Source: Trichosphaerium sp. ATCC 40318
Taxonomy: Eukaryota; Protista; Tubulinea
DNA: 64,000 nt
Direction: 5' to 3'
Assembly: GCA_038496445.1 (NCBI GenBank)
Contig: JALMLS010000577.1
Coordinates: 434,001 to 498,000 of the forward strand
The notes below the pieces were generated by a model that saw only the letters and a program-made list of their open reading frames with translations, was not told the origin of the DNA and made no database searches. The position numbers were made by a program, and so were the translations under genes. Shown piece by piece: positions 14,229-29,684 of this stretch (its first letter is position 1; each line of letters starts with the position of its first letter).

Positions 14229-15736
14229 CTAGTTGTAAAGTTTAATCAACTCGTCAGATACAGCAGAAGGTGTTAAAACACCAAAATCAGTTATAAGTAA
14301 AGTGATATAAGCAGGTGGAGTATAATCCAATTGAGCATGTTTCCACTACATCACGTGTTAATAACTTCAAAGAAAAAAACCCAAAACCCATAAATCACGT
14401 TTTTGTTTACCAGAAAACATAGGTATCACGTGATGAATGTAAATGAGTCGGAAATGAAAAAGAATATGTCAAAAATTATGTCAAAAACAAATCGTACATT
14501 GCATTCTTTTTTCAATGCTGTGGCTACTTCTTCAGGAACAGTTGGAGATGTGAATCTGTTTGGAATTTCCTTTTGATTGAGAGGGTATAGGCGTGTGAAT
14601 TTAAAACTTTCAGCAGCAACATACATAGGCTTCCTAAAAGCCTTGGCAACAATTGCAACTTGATATGTACCCATCTAAAAACGAGTCAGCTAAAAACAAA
14701 ATCGAGTGTTCATAGATCAGATACGATTCATACAAAAACATCGTACAATGTTTATAATACCACCACTCTCGACTACTGATTCAGCACCTACCAAGACAAC
14801 ATCGACTTGCCTTTGGATGAAAATTAACAAAAAAAAAAAAAAAAAGGATGTCAAAGAAATCTAAAAACAAAATTAAGCGTACTCCATAGTATATGCAACT
14901 TCTGCATCAGTAATAACTGTAACTGGTATACCATGATCTGTAAGACGCTTTAGAGTTTTATAACTAAGAAAAACATTAACACAACGAGCGACATGACAAC
15001 AAAAAATTTGGAAAAATAATAAATGACACAATTACCCTGATGCTGTTGGTCTTGATTCTGTTACAATAACGTTAAATTGATTTCTATTATTTTCAAGCGC
15101 TGAAAGAAGTGTTTCAATAACCACTCGAGAGTATCCAACAGTCAATACTGTCTATGTAAGAAAAACAAACTGTCAGTGACTTTCATCATCTTATTTTTGT
15201 ACTGTAGACGCTGTAAGGTACGTACCGTGCCATCACGAATAAAACCAGACGCTTTACCAGCAACTGTTTTACGAGCACTCATTGTTCTGTTTGTAAATTC
15301 TGTCCCACGCGTTATTAGCGCTTTTTTGCACTCTTGGAAGTCCTGTTTGTGTAAGTTGAATAAATGATGCCTGAAGTAGTTAATTACCGGTTTGCCAAGC
15401 GCTGTTCGCGTAACAAAGCATAAAAAGAGCTCACAAGCAGACTTCACTGTCAATGTTTCACTTGTAGCACTTTTTAATACTTTTACGGCTTCTCTTATGT
15501 CTACGTCAAGTCCCATAATTGTACCAGCTGATAATACGTAAGAATAATCATTAAACAAAAATTAGCGACCTTTTGATCTCTTAATCACTTCTGTAAGTGA
15601 TCCAACGGCTGCAGCAGCTACAGACCTTTCAGGATCCTCAGTGCGGTATTTGTCCATGAATTCAACAACTAAAACCACTGTAAACGGGTAGTACAATGGA
15701 AAACGTACTCCACTTTAACCCATCGGTACTGGTCAT
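14229..15736 (-). CDS. EIF2B1: Translation initiation factor eIF-2B subunit alpha
   Basis: [79 protein letters not shown]...[13 protein letters not shown]. Confidence 0.95.
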
Positions 15737-15982
15737 GGTGTTTGAAACTTGTACTGAGTGCAACATTGAAAAGCTCTAAGTTTCTTCTTCACTTAAGCAC
15801 CAATTCTCAAACGGCGCACAACAAACGACAGCGTTACACCTGATTGGTACAATAAAGAACCAACGAAGTACAAACAGACCATAAACTGGTAACGGGCGTA
15901 AAACGTGGAATTGAAGAATGAATACACAACCGACCGACTCGCTTGAGATATACGTACGCAGGAATAATAACGTACCATACTA

Positions 15983-17323
15983 ATGTGTCAAAAGCCTCAA
16001 AGCGATGATCCCGAGACAGCTCTACTATTAGACGACTTTAGAGCGCAAAGGCGTAAGCCCAGTAAGATACAAAAGAGTAAGGGCATGTTAACCAAATTTT
16101 GGAGCGTCATTGGCTTCAGAGTGTTCATTATTTCAGTTATAAGTATAATACAGGTATCCATGGTACGTCAAAACGCTTTTACAACAATATCCCGAACCGT
16201 AATGTTTATTTTTTCGTGTTAAATAATTAAATGTAGTTTCTGTACGAGCTCAGCGTTGGCGAATGGGAATTTGCCAAATTAAAAGAAAATCCGCTAGTAG
16301 GTACAATAATCACGGGATTTTATTTTTTTTGCTATTTTTTTTTCCTCCTTTATCTTAACCTTTGAATGGCGTTTATTGTTCTTACATTTTCAGGTCCACC
16401 AAGAAGTGTCCTTGAAAAAGTAGGAGCCAAGGATTGTTACTCTATTAAATCAGGCCAATGGCAGTTATGGATTTATCCACGTGCGTTTTATTTGATATCA
16501 AGCAAGTTTGTAACGTGATAAGTTAAACACTTTTTGCTTTCGGACTATTGCTTACACGTGATAGTTTTTATTCATGCTGGCTTGATTCACTTGCTAGTCG
16601 TACTTTTATTTCAGGTATTATCTGGTATAGATCTTGAAAGACGATTGTACTGGTGGCGCATATTAATTGTTTATATTGTCTCTGGTGTCGTCGGTAATGT
16701 ATCAGGTTGTTTGTTTTTACCAGGAGAACTCACTATGGGTGCAACAGGTACATAAATAACACTTTCCTTACATGTGATTAATCCTTATTTTAGGCTCACT
16801 ATTTGGTCTGTACGGTCTGGCTTTTGCAGAACTTTTATTGTGCTGGAAGAAGTTTAAATCACCTTTATGCAATGTAATACTTCATATTATCAGTGTATCT
16901 GTTACAATCGTCATTGGTGTCCTTCCTTTTGTTGATAACTTTTCTCACATTGGAGGATTGATAGGTACGGTTTTAATATGTCCCTGGTGTTACAGGTCTT
17001 GTACTAAAGTGGTATAGCTGGGTTCCTATGCGGACTCGCCCTGGTGCCGTCTGTACACTCCCAAAAGCGCGATAAACTAACGACGAGAGGTGGCATTTTA
17101 CTGGGTATTGGGTTGGTATTACTAGCACTTTTCGTTACAATTACGTTCGCTTTATTTTATACAAACCATGATCTGGGCGCGAATGTACGTAATGTCTTAT
17201 TTTTTTTAACATATTCCAACATCCGGTCATTTATCTCTAACTATATTGTACTAGTGTTCTTGGTGTAAATGGATATACTGTCCAATAGAAGGGTGGTGTA
17301 TGGCTAGTTTTACTACGCCATAA
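15983..17323 (+). CDS. Rhomboid-family membrane protein (catalytic Ser position reads Thr)
   Basis: ENPLVGP, FIHAGLIHL, LERRLYWWR, MGATGSLFG, VDNFSHIGG, C-terminal CSWCKWIYC. Confidence 0.85.
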
Positions 17324-17944
17324 AAGTTGTACAATAGGGAAGAATTAGGAGAAAGACGTCTTTGTGTTTACAACTTTTTTTTTTGTTTTTTTTTTCCCGC
17401 GCACGTGCGCTTTTAAAATAATGTCATGCGCGACAAATGTGAAATAGTTTTAAACTGATCGTGATGGATCATCTTCTTTCGGCAGTTTTCTGTGTAGACC
17501 CAAAGTTGGACATTTGGCCTGATTTGCCAATAAAACATGATACTCGTGGGTTGTTTTAAGTTCTTAGTAAACTGCAGGCCTTCTTTTGTTTATTTAAGCC
17601 GTCGGAATAGTTTTTAGTCAATAGGTAAATGAACTGATGTTTTGGAATTCTTGAAAGCTGGGAAACAGCATGAAATTTCGATTGGTAGCGTTTATATGTT
17701 GATTAGTGTATTTTAACGAAACTTAACTTTTCTTAACCAGAAAAAAAAAAAACAAATACACAATACTTTCCGCGAGACACGTTCTTATAACGTACGTTTT
17801 TTATTGGATGCCCAATATAGATCTTATTTGCAGTACAAGAGGCAAATAGTTATTTAAACCAACTTGCGCAGCTTGCATTTGCGTTTTCGCGGCAAATTAA
17901 CGCTGTCAAGCCTGTTTGCGCGTTGTCTCACTGATCTGTAGACG

Positions 17945-20419
<2,475 letters not shown>

Positions 20420-20983
20420 ATACAACCTCTGGCCCAAGAAAGAAAAAAAAGAAAAAAAAGAGAAAAAAAAAAGTACCGCTTAAAAAAAGTCGACTCAGCG
20501 ACCATGAAAAGAACAAATTCTATTACTGCGGAACTCCCAGTGTCATTTTTATGTGTAGATAAGTGTGGCCGGATGACAATGGCTATGTGGCAGCCACCCT
20601 TTTCTTTTTTTTTTTGTGTTGAAATATTGTTTTACCCATCATTAAGCTTGTACTGAAATATTTGTAAGAGTTTTTTTAACCCAGTCGTACTGTTATTTGT
20701 CGTTTGTATTGAGTCTACTCGGATTAAGTAACTACTGGTTTTCTATTTAGCATGCAGCAAGACACCGCTGTGAGCACTCAGAACCTCTTATTTCGTAGCT
20801 TGATGTGTACCAACAAAAATTTTAGAATTTTGGTTCGGCACCTAGCTTTTCGTGCGTAGTCTTTAGAGTACTTCATAGTCATACAAAACAGTTGAAAATT
20901 CCTTTGCGCTGGACAATATAGTAGTGACAACGGTTTATAATTTAATAATACACTCTTACAAAACGAGAAAATAGTGAGATAAT

Positions 20984-22266
20984 TTAAGAACTTATTTGGC
21001 TGTTTAACCATTCCAATCCCTATTTGTTTTCCTTGTTAGCGAGCACATTGGTTTAAATTTATATTGGAATACCTCAGAAATACCATCTCCTCTTGTAGCA
21101 CAACACTCTTCCACGTGCCATTTACCAGAAACGATACGCTCAAGGTCCAATTCTTTTGTAAGCTAAAAAATGAAAAAATTATTACATGACAAATCTAAAA
21201 AACAAATACCTTGTCGCCACTTATTGCCTTTGGTAAGTCTAGATGGTTTATTAACTCATTGTTAAAGAACTATTAGTATACTACCTGCGTACCTTGTTTA
21301 TTGGCAAATACAAGTACTGGAAGGTCTTTGAAGTATTCCTCAAAATAGATATTGTTCGTTTCTATTTCTTCCTTTAAGTACGGAAAACGCTCTGTATTTT
21401 GTGAATCACAAACGTAAATGACCGCATCGATTCCTAATTAACTAATTAAATATGCTTGCATCACAAAGCAAAAGATTCTAACCCTGCATAAACCAGTGTT
21501 TCCACAATGGTCGAAACTACAAAAAACATGAGACACAATAACGATGTAACATGTTCCATGGACAATTGTTCTGAGTTTATATAATGCATGGGTGTAAACA
21601 ACGCAGCAAGTGGATATATTCTACGTTTGCTCATAATGAGCAAAGAGAAAATTGCAGTACTACTCATGATAGTTTTCAATATTTGTTTGTATGTACGCGA
21701 AATAGAGGTTCACGTGATTCGAAGGGTTTTAGTTTTTAAGACACAAATTTCACGTGCCTTACTTCGACCTCCTAAAATTGTAAAGTTACGACATACACCT
21801 AACGTATGAGTATAGAAAGATTGCGTACCAATATCCCAAGATATGTATTCATTGGCTTTAAACTTTAGACTTTGGATTGTCCAGCCTATTGTTGGTATTG
21901 TTTTTTCTACCTCTTGCACGCCAGGAAGCTATTAATGCAATAAACACAAGTATAAAGTAGTTCTTTCGATTTTGAGCTGTTTTCGTTCGGGTGGACGTAC
22001 TTTCAGCTTATGTATTATAGTAGTCTACCAAGCGTAAGATTAAGACAATTACAGTAGTAAAGAGGTTATTTTGAAGCGGTTATAACAGAAATTTAATCAA
22101 ACAAGCTTATTTACTTGCTTTAGCGTTTTAATCGCGTTGGTCAAGCCAGTTATACTATTTGAACTACGTTTTAACTACATACCTTTCCAGAAAAGTCTAA
22201 TCCAAAAATAAAGACCCTTCTGTAGTTTGTGGTGTATCCAAATACTCTTTCTATCGTATTACCCAT
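20984..22266 (-). CDS. ARF/Arl-family small GTPase
   Basis: MGNTI (myristoylation-type N-terminus), GLDFSGKT, TIPTIG, WDIGGRSKFRPLWKHW, ANKQD, ...GISEGLEWL. Confidence 0.9.
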
Positions 22267-22468
22267 TTGTTTTGCAAAGAAAGCGAAGTAACTATCATTC
22301 AATGAATTTGTGACGTTGCGTGAATTGCAGTTGTCTGTACAAAGGTTTGCACAAGGAAAACCTTCTATCAACAAAATAAGTGTGCTTGTAAGTCGCTTAC
22401 CTCATATATATACTACGTCATGTGCCTGGAAGAGAATATTGAAGCTCCAAAAAGTTATCTATGGCAAA

Positions 22469-22543
22469 GAATATTTATTTTTATCATGTGTTACAATCGT
22501 CAATATACGACGTTTAAAGTAATACATTCACTAGAAATACTCT
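22469..22543 (-). promoter_or_regulatory. SECIS element (form 2, GUGA core) in the deiodinase 3'UTR
   Basis: Minus strand GAGTATTT-CTA-GTGAA-TGTATTACTT-TAAA-CGTCG(TATAT)TGACG-A-TTGTAACACA-TGAT-...AAATATTC: helix I, UGAN/NGAN quartet, helix II, unpaired AA and apical mini-stem. Confidence 0.85.
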
Positions 22544-22580
22544 CGTTCATTTAGCTTGTTTCCTTGTTGTAGTAGTGGCC

Positions 22581-23459
22581 TCAAAGATTTTGCTGTAACC
22601 AATTATCAACCTCTGATAGCTTGTATCCAAAAGGTCCTTCACCTCCTTTGTACATTATCTTCTTATCTTTAAGTATGTACAACCTAACATGTGATCAACT
22701 TTACAGTCACAATGATATACAAAAGCGGACACTGTACCTCTCTGGTAGAGCTTGGTATGCTTTGTTTGCATTATCATCCATAAGGTCAACAAATATCGGA
22801 ATCTTAAAGTCTGGGTTGTTCGTTTTAAAGTCTTCAATGATACCAATACGCTCTTCAATATTGCGGGGCTTACGATAACATACATCGTTACCTGATAACT
22901 TCCATCCATCTGAAGCATGTGCTTCTAAACAACATTTGTTACAGTTTGTACACGTGATTTGGTTAGCAGGTTGAATGTACCCAGGATGTACACCACAATG
23001 ACTTCTGCTTTACCCTTCCATTTGTCGGAGAGGGCTTGCAATCTGCCACTTGTGGTAGACCACGGTGGTCACGTGTAACTTCCAAAACTGATGACTAGCG
23101 GAGATTCTTGAAGGCGAGAGAAGTAAGTTACAGAAGTAAACACTACTGTCTGTCGCAATCACACTTCGTACCTTTTGACAGCGATAAGAGATCAATAAGG
23201 TCCTTTCCATTTGATGACAGAGTTGTTACAGTAGCCTCAGGTGCCTTAGAGCCTTCGTAGTACACGCGACTATTCAAAAATAAGCTTAGTTTTCGTGTAT
23301 GATGTTTTTGACGTACTCGTGATAGAGTGTTCTACAGAATAACTTGTTTATCAAACTGGGTATCATGTAGCTCCAGAAACCCCATGTAAACAATGATTCA
23401 AATACCCCTAGGCCTTTAGCAATATCCTTAAGCTCTTGACGCTCATCTACGTCTTCCAT
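22581..23459 (-). CDS. DIO: Iodothyronine deiodinase-like selenoprotein; in-frame TGA (Sec) at 23069-23071
   Basis: PLVISFGSYT-U-PPW, VYILEAHASDGW, VDLMDDNANKAYQALPERLYIL, YKGGEGPFGY; four introns; downstream SECIS; not recovered by the ORF track. Confidence 0.92.
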
Positions 23460-24081
23460 TGCGTGTTGGCGGAGTAAAAGTAGTTAGGTCAGAAATTCAC
23501 CGTCGGACTTTTTCAATCAGATTTGGACTTCTTGACGTACAAACCGGCGATTTAATATTTTCCGGCGATAGGGAGAACTTTGATTAGGAAACATACAGTA
23601 TTTTATTGTAAAGAACACAGGTTTTAAAACGAAAATTCACCCATAAACTTGTGGGAAAAATATTTTTTGGATAGCTTTTACCTGATTTGAAAGTAAGCAC
23701 AAGTGGAATTGTAAGTGCCACTTTGGCCTGCAAATTTTATGTACATAATTGTGTAGGTTATCCTTTGTTGTTGTCTCTTAACCGAAGTCCATAAGGGCCC
23801 TAAATTTGCACCTACTTCTCGTTCAATACCTTCATCTTGTAAGTGATGACGATAAAAATCGTAAAAATAGGTTACTCTTATATACAACGTACTGTAACTT
23901 ACTCCAATAAAAGGTTCAGAACTTTGGTACTTGTAAGCAAGTATTACAACTGCTGTCGTATAAGGCCCCATTCCAACAGTGTTAATAATCTCCAGTGTAG
24001 TGCTTGAAAGATACGACACTATGTGCTGAAAAGATGCAACGAAAGTCAAGTTCTTACAAGTGTGGTTTATTGTTGAAGTTT

Positions 24082-27000
24082 CTAATCCCGAGGCTTTTGT
24101 TCAGATTCTTTGTATTCTCTCGTAATTGTACTTATTCTATTCATCCGCTTCTTTATCCTCTTCTCCTTTGCACAGTTTAGGTAGAGTACAACAATACCTC
24201 CAATAATGATAACAAGAAATCCAGTTATAACAGATGCTGCTATAACTCCTATTGGGACTTTTGCTTGGTTAGGCTTATTGCAATCTGCACTTAATATCAT
24301 GAACAATGCCTGTTTTTGTTGGCTGAATTTTGCGTTGTAGCCACAGTCTTCATCACCTTCTTCAATGTCTATGCCATCGAACTCTGGTATATAATCTTCA
24401 CACGTGTGGTTTAACAAAAGAATGTCTAAAGTGCCCTACCAATCATCAACAAATTGTCATGAACATGTGAAGTGCTTTGTGATCGCATGTTCATTTGCTT
24501 CGTAGGCAGCATGGTCTTGTTGTATTTGAGAAACGAGGTAGAGAGGACGTACACTCAAACGGACAGCTGTTGAATCATTCATAGAAAGGGAAACAGCAAG
24601 AGTTGTATTCGAAAAATCAGGACATCCTTCAACAAAAAGGCCAACACCGCTTTGTAGTGTGATAACAGAATTCGGAGAAAATGTTATATTACCTTAAAAA
24701 GACCTATTAATAAAGAAATTCAAAGTATAAACACGCACCACTAATAATAGTATCATGCTTGATAACCAATTTCAGAATTTTTGTTGTATTGTTTAATACA
24801 ATCCAAGTGTCATTGATACAAACAGCTGAAGCAATAGGTTTCGGTGGTAAACAAAAAGAAGTTGTTGGTTGAAATGAACCTATTGTTGGTGGTTCAGTTG
24901 TAGGAGGTTCCGTTGTAGGAGGCTCCGTAGTTGGAGGCTCCGTAGTTGGAGGGAGTGTGGTTGGTGGCTGTGTTGTTGGAAGTTGAGTTGGAGAGTTTGT
25001 TGGTTCTAGCGTTACTGGAACCTCGCTTGGAGTACTTTGTGGTGCTACTGTTGTTGGCACCATAGTCGGGGATGCTATAGGCGATATTATGGGTGGTGTC
25101 ATATTTAGTATTATGTTGTCTAGTAGTATGTAATCCACAAAATTCCAGCTTAAACAGAAAGTCAAAAAAAATTTTCAAAAACAATTGCTACACTGTGGCG
25201 TACCCAGATCCTAGTAAGTGTAAGAATATTTCTTTAAATGTGCCAGTACAATCAAGCGCAATTCTATAAGTATTCCATGTAGATATTGTGCCATTCAATT
25301 CCACGGTAGGAATCTAAATCAAATAAGATTAGCAAAGTTTCTTTGTTGGTTTTTGATCTGCTGAAATGTTTGGTTTTTTTCAAGGGAAGAACAGATCTCC
25401 CAAACTTGTTCTGTAAATAATAATTCGGCTCAAAATCAAAAAATATATTAATTGTTATTAAACATACTGCTCCGCAACCCACAACATGTATACCTAGACG
25501 AAGATCGGACGCCGTTGAGTTCGGGTTTGGAAATTGTACGTCCAAAACGAAATCTTCAGCTAGATCACTTACGAGAGGTGAAGGGTACCTAAACTTTATC
25601 AGACGGTATAGTTCACTACAATGTGCTGTTAGATAATTACTCACGATATTTTAAAAGCGCTTGAAGCTGCTACACAATATGTTAGAATGATAAGAATATT
25701 CTAAGAAATAAACAAAGAAATGTTATGCACACCAGTAGTAATATTAAGAACACTTCCACCATTCCCACTACCAGGTAATATAGTAGTAAGAATCGTTGCT
25801 GTTATACGCCATTCAACGAGTCTAGTACCCTAGTTGTTGTTGGGAATTTCTTGATTAAAAAAAAACGTACTCCAAGTGTTTGGTCGCTCACACTATAAGC
25901 GTTTTGATAGATATACGGCGATGGCAGGGACCAATTACATTCTATTGTTATGTAATTAGAACAAGGATCTATATACTATAGGCTTACGGATACCGTAGTC
26001 TTTTACTGAGGCTGTTAATGCTCTTTGAGACTGAAATTGGATAAGTTACTATGTACCATTATAAAGCGTACAACAATTTGTATTTTACCGGCTTCAATAG
26101 TATCATTAAATGTCATAGTATCTCCTTATTCATGTATTAATATTATTAAAATAATAGGCATTTATGTACCTGTTAAAGATACAACCTAGTAGATGTCAAT
26201 GAAATGGTCAAAAAAGGCTGCGTACCCTGATTTCAGCACTTGTATAGTTTTCAGGATGCTGCTTAATATAATGATACATGTTGAATTTGTTTGGTATGGC
26301 TTCTACCCATTCTTCTCTCCCATCGTTTACTTTAACCTCAATCCTATCAATCCCAACTAAATCACGTGTTAGGTATTGGAAAGAAGTGTCTTTTACCATT
26401 GTGGTTGCTCGGAACGATAGGAAACGATTCGTTCTTAAATCCTTCAATGAAAGTAACAGTCATTTGTAAGGTTTCACAATCTACCTTCCGAATAACAACA
26501 TCTGCGTTGTCGAACAATGATATACCAGCTATACTCTAATATTAAAGTAAGGAACAATGCAAAGATATATGCAAAGCAGTTGACAAGAGTAATGTACCTC
26601 GAAGGATCCGCCCTCATTATTTATCAATATTTGTGGATAGTCATTTTCACATCCTTTAGTTCCTGGATCACATACTCCTGCAACCTGTTGAAATACTGTG
26701 AGTAATAAAATATAATACGGAGAAAAATACCATTAGATTTTCAGTTCCTTGACTGCCAGTGATTTCAAAGCATTCACCACCTATTATTGAAATTAAGAAA
26801 GAATAAAGAAAAAGAATTGGGTTTTTTTATGTTGTGTCAAGCTAAAAATTAAGCTTTCTTACAAGCTCCACTGCATCTCAAATCACCCGTAGGGTTATCA
26901 ATTGGATCATAGCAATCACCGAATGATATTGTTTCATTGGAGGGCGATAGATACCAGTTGTAAAAGTTCTCGTTTACAAGGATGTATTCGCCTGAAAAAT

Positions 27001-27334
27001 ATTTCTAGTTCCACGTAAGAAAAACACCCCTAGCCAAGAGAACTGTTGTGAGTATGTACCAGTGACGTTAGAGCTGAAAACTCGAAATTACAGCCGTAAG
27101 AATGGTTTGCAACTAGTTTTTGTATTAAATCATGATTACTTCGTAGCCGTACTACCTGGTATGAATGAAGACGCTCTAGCTTGCTTTTTTTTATGTAAGT
27201 GAACAGTTTGAAGTCTAGATGCGACGTACAATACAAGTATTATAAGGGTACGGCTGTTGACCTGAACTAAGCGGGATAGAGTTGCATTGAAGAAAAAACA
27301 TGTAAAAAGCAACCAAAACTGTTGTACTTAGCAT
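24082..27334 (-). CDS. Type I membrane protein with an N-terminal expansin-like (DPBB + CBM63-like) region, Pro/Thr stalk and single TM helix
   Basis: Signal peptide; RCSGACGECFEITGSQG, IRKVDC, NHNVGIDRIEVK; PPTTE repeats; TM IGVIAASVITGFLVIIIGGIVVLYL followed by a basic tail. Confidence 0.7.
24888..24975 (-). repeat. Coding 15-bp tandem repeat (PPTTE/PPTTL, about 6 units)
   Basis: ggaggctccgtagtt-type units visible on the + strand. Confidence 0.85.
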
Positions 27335-28016
27335 GATTGTGCTTAATACGCGCAGTATAGGCTAAGCAAGTGCCAATTACTGCTTTACTGTTATTTTTCC
27401 GAAATTCTTGTGTTTTCAAAAACTCCGATGGCTTAAATTTGCCACCTCACGCCAGCTGTTTGGAATTTGGCTTACTTAGTCTTCAATGTCTATTTTTATC
27501 TTTGCATAACTCAGGAAATTGGGTATTGTGGCAATAATACCGAAGCTTACCGAAACCCGTGTCGAAACAAAAACAGAAACTTGTATTCAAATTTAGTGGA
27601 ATTCCAACGTTTTGCTTTAATTCTGTTATTTCCGAAGAAACGAAAGAGCCGTTATAAAAGATTTTTTCACCAGTATTAAAATCGGGAGATGTTTCAGCTT
27701 GTAACGACTTTGTGGTATAAACAGCTTAGGCCCAAAGTGAACACGTTAACAAACATATAAAAAAGAGGATTGATCGAGTGTAGGAATTAGCTTGGTTTCT
27801 TAGTTTTTTTTGTAACAAACAAGAAAGGAAGGTCTCGTGACCAAATGGTCGAGCCACGAGATGGTTCTTTTCCAGTCAGTCTATGGTGTTTGTCAGAGCC
27901 ATGTTATGATAGGATGTAGCAACAGATATCACGTGTTGATTGAAAAAAAAGAAAAAGAGAGAATCCAAAATGGGTAGTCCCCTACCAAGTGTATATGCAA
28001 TAAGATTTTACTTTTT

Positions 28017-29213
28017 TTAAGGTGTTAAACCATGATAATCAATTTGTTCATCAGAAAACTTTTCAAGCTTGCCTACATGAAAGTAGTTTCTGACAACGTT
28101 CCAACGACGCCATGCACCAGATCTTGAGATCTCATCATGATGGTTTGATAATTTGAACGCTCTATCAACAGCCTTCTAAAAAAGAAAAAAACGTGTAAGT
28201 GTTCGTTCGTTTAAAGAAGGAACTGCCAAAGCACTTTAAGCTTTCCAGCAATAGACAGCAAACTATTGTAACCAAAAAACGTTTACAATGGACGTGTACT
28301 TACTTTAATCTCTCCTTCCCATTCTTCATCATCTTCTAAAGGATTTGGAAGCTAAAACAAGAAGTTATTAATAAAAAAATTGAGAATCAAACAAAAAAAA
28401 TTCTTGTACAATCTTATAATCGCTATCTGGAGGTCCTTCACAATCGCATACAATTGCAGCACGAAAAGATATCCTTCAATAATACGGTTAGTAAATAATA
28501 CAATTCTTAACAATGCAAGAAAGTGCTTAGTAATCACAACACCAATTTTCTATCTAAGTTTTTTTCTGTCTCAACATTGAACGTACCAAGGGCCATACTT
28601 CTCATGAAGACAAAATCCAGATACCTTATGATGATAAGCAAGTCCAGATTCATGTGCCATTGTACGCATGGAAACCATGCGCTCTAGTAAGCTTTAGGAA
28701 CCATGAAAAAACTAAAAATTAGATTTCTTTACTTGGGTCTCTTTCGTGAACCCACCGAATGTCACAATCAACGTCCACTGATTCTTTAACTTCTTCGTTT
28801 ATATTCCTTTCTACCCATGTATCAAGCGGATCAAGCGCATATTGAAGCCTAACACAAGAAATAAGAGAATTTGTTTTAAAATACAATAAAAAGCCGCTCT
28901 TTCGCGCATGAAATTGTTTTAAGAGCGTTTAAGATGCTTTTGAACATAAATAGTGACATACTTCTCAGATGAATCCAATTCAGCCTTAAATTTGGGCCAT
29001 ATCGTCTTGGTATTACCCACGAGTAATCCAAGCGTTTTTCCGCCATGTTTTTCATAAGTTGGTAACCGAACGTTTTCTGGAGCCTTCTTATTGTACCTAC
29101 GCTTCACGATATAGCTGTGTATAATATAATACATACCATTGTACTTGAAATGGTCTTAAAAGCTCAAACCCTCGTCCAGCCAACCCTTGTCTTAATTTTG
29201 GAATAAAGGCCAT
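28017..29213 (-). CDS. MMACHC: Cobalamin-processing enzyme CblC/MMACHC
   Basis: GFELLRPFQVQWYN, LGLLVGNTKTIWPKF, DPLDTWV, MRTMAHESGLAY, CLHEKYGPWISFRAAI, FSDEQIDYH. Confidence 0.85.
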
Positions 29214-29336
29214 CAAAACCGAAAAAACTTGGGCGCTAGTGACATGTCTTTGACATACATTGACAATCTCTCGGCTCCAGAAAACGTTCGGTTACCAACT
29301 TATGAAAAACATGGCGGAAAAACGCTAGGATTACTC
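29021..29336. repeat. 64-bp inverted repeat (29021-29084 and 29273-29336, 63/64 identical)
   Basis: 29273 ggctccagaaaacg...ggattactc is the reverse complement of the + strand at 29021-29084 (MMACHC exon 2). Confidence 0.95.
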
Positions 29337-29684
29337 TCCGCAGCCCGCTGGTTCTGTGAACTAAAACCATAGTTCTACAATGTTGAAGTGTCACTTCTTG
29401 TGATTCAACTAGCGAATGCGTTCCACGTTGTTGTTGGTTGTTTATAGGACTTATAAGAGCGCTACCCAATTAGCAAGTGGGTAATTATTTACCCGTTTCT
29501 TTAAAAGCAATTCTTACTCACTAGCACCAATAAACGCACTTTTCCCATCCCAATAAAGGGCCATGGCGGTTGGTCATCGCATACAACAAAAAATCCACGT
29601 ATTCCACCACTTTCTCCGTCGTCAACTTAAAGACAATGAATCACATTTTTTTTGTGACAAGAAAAAAACTCAAACACGTAAAAC

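Noticed and set aside
25943-25995. Possible U12-type intron (GTATCC donor)
   Set aside because: The donor is GTATCCGT rather than GTATCCTT, there is no TCCTTAAC branch site, and a same-phase GTAAGC donor lies 6 nt away
27831-27875. tRNA-like hairpin with A-box and B-box-like text
   Set aside because: No cloverleaf, the spacing is too short and the B-box is degenerate
29214-29600. Cobalamin riboswitch upstream of MMACHC
   Set aside because: No B12-box or conserved core motifs are recognisable
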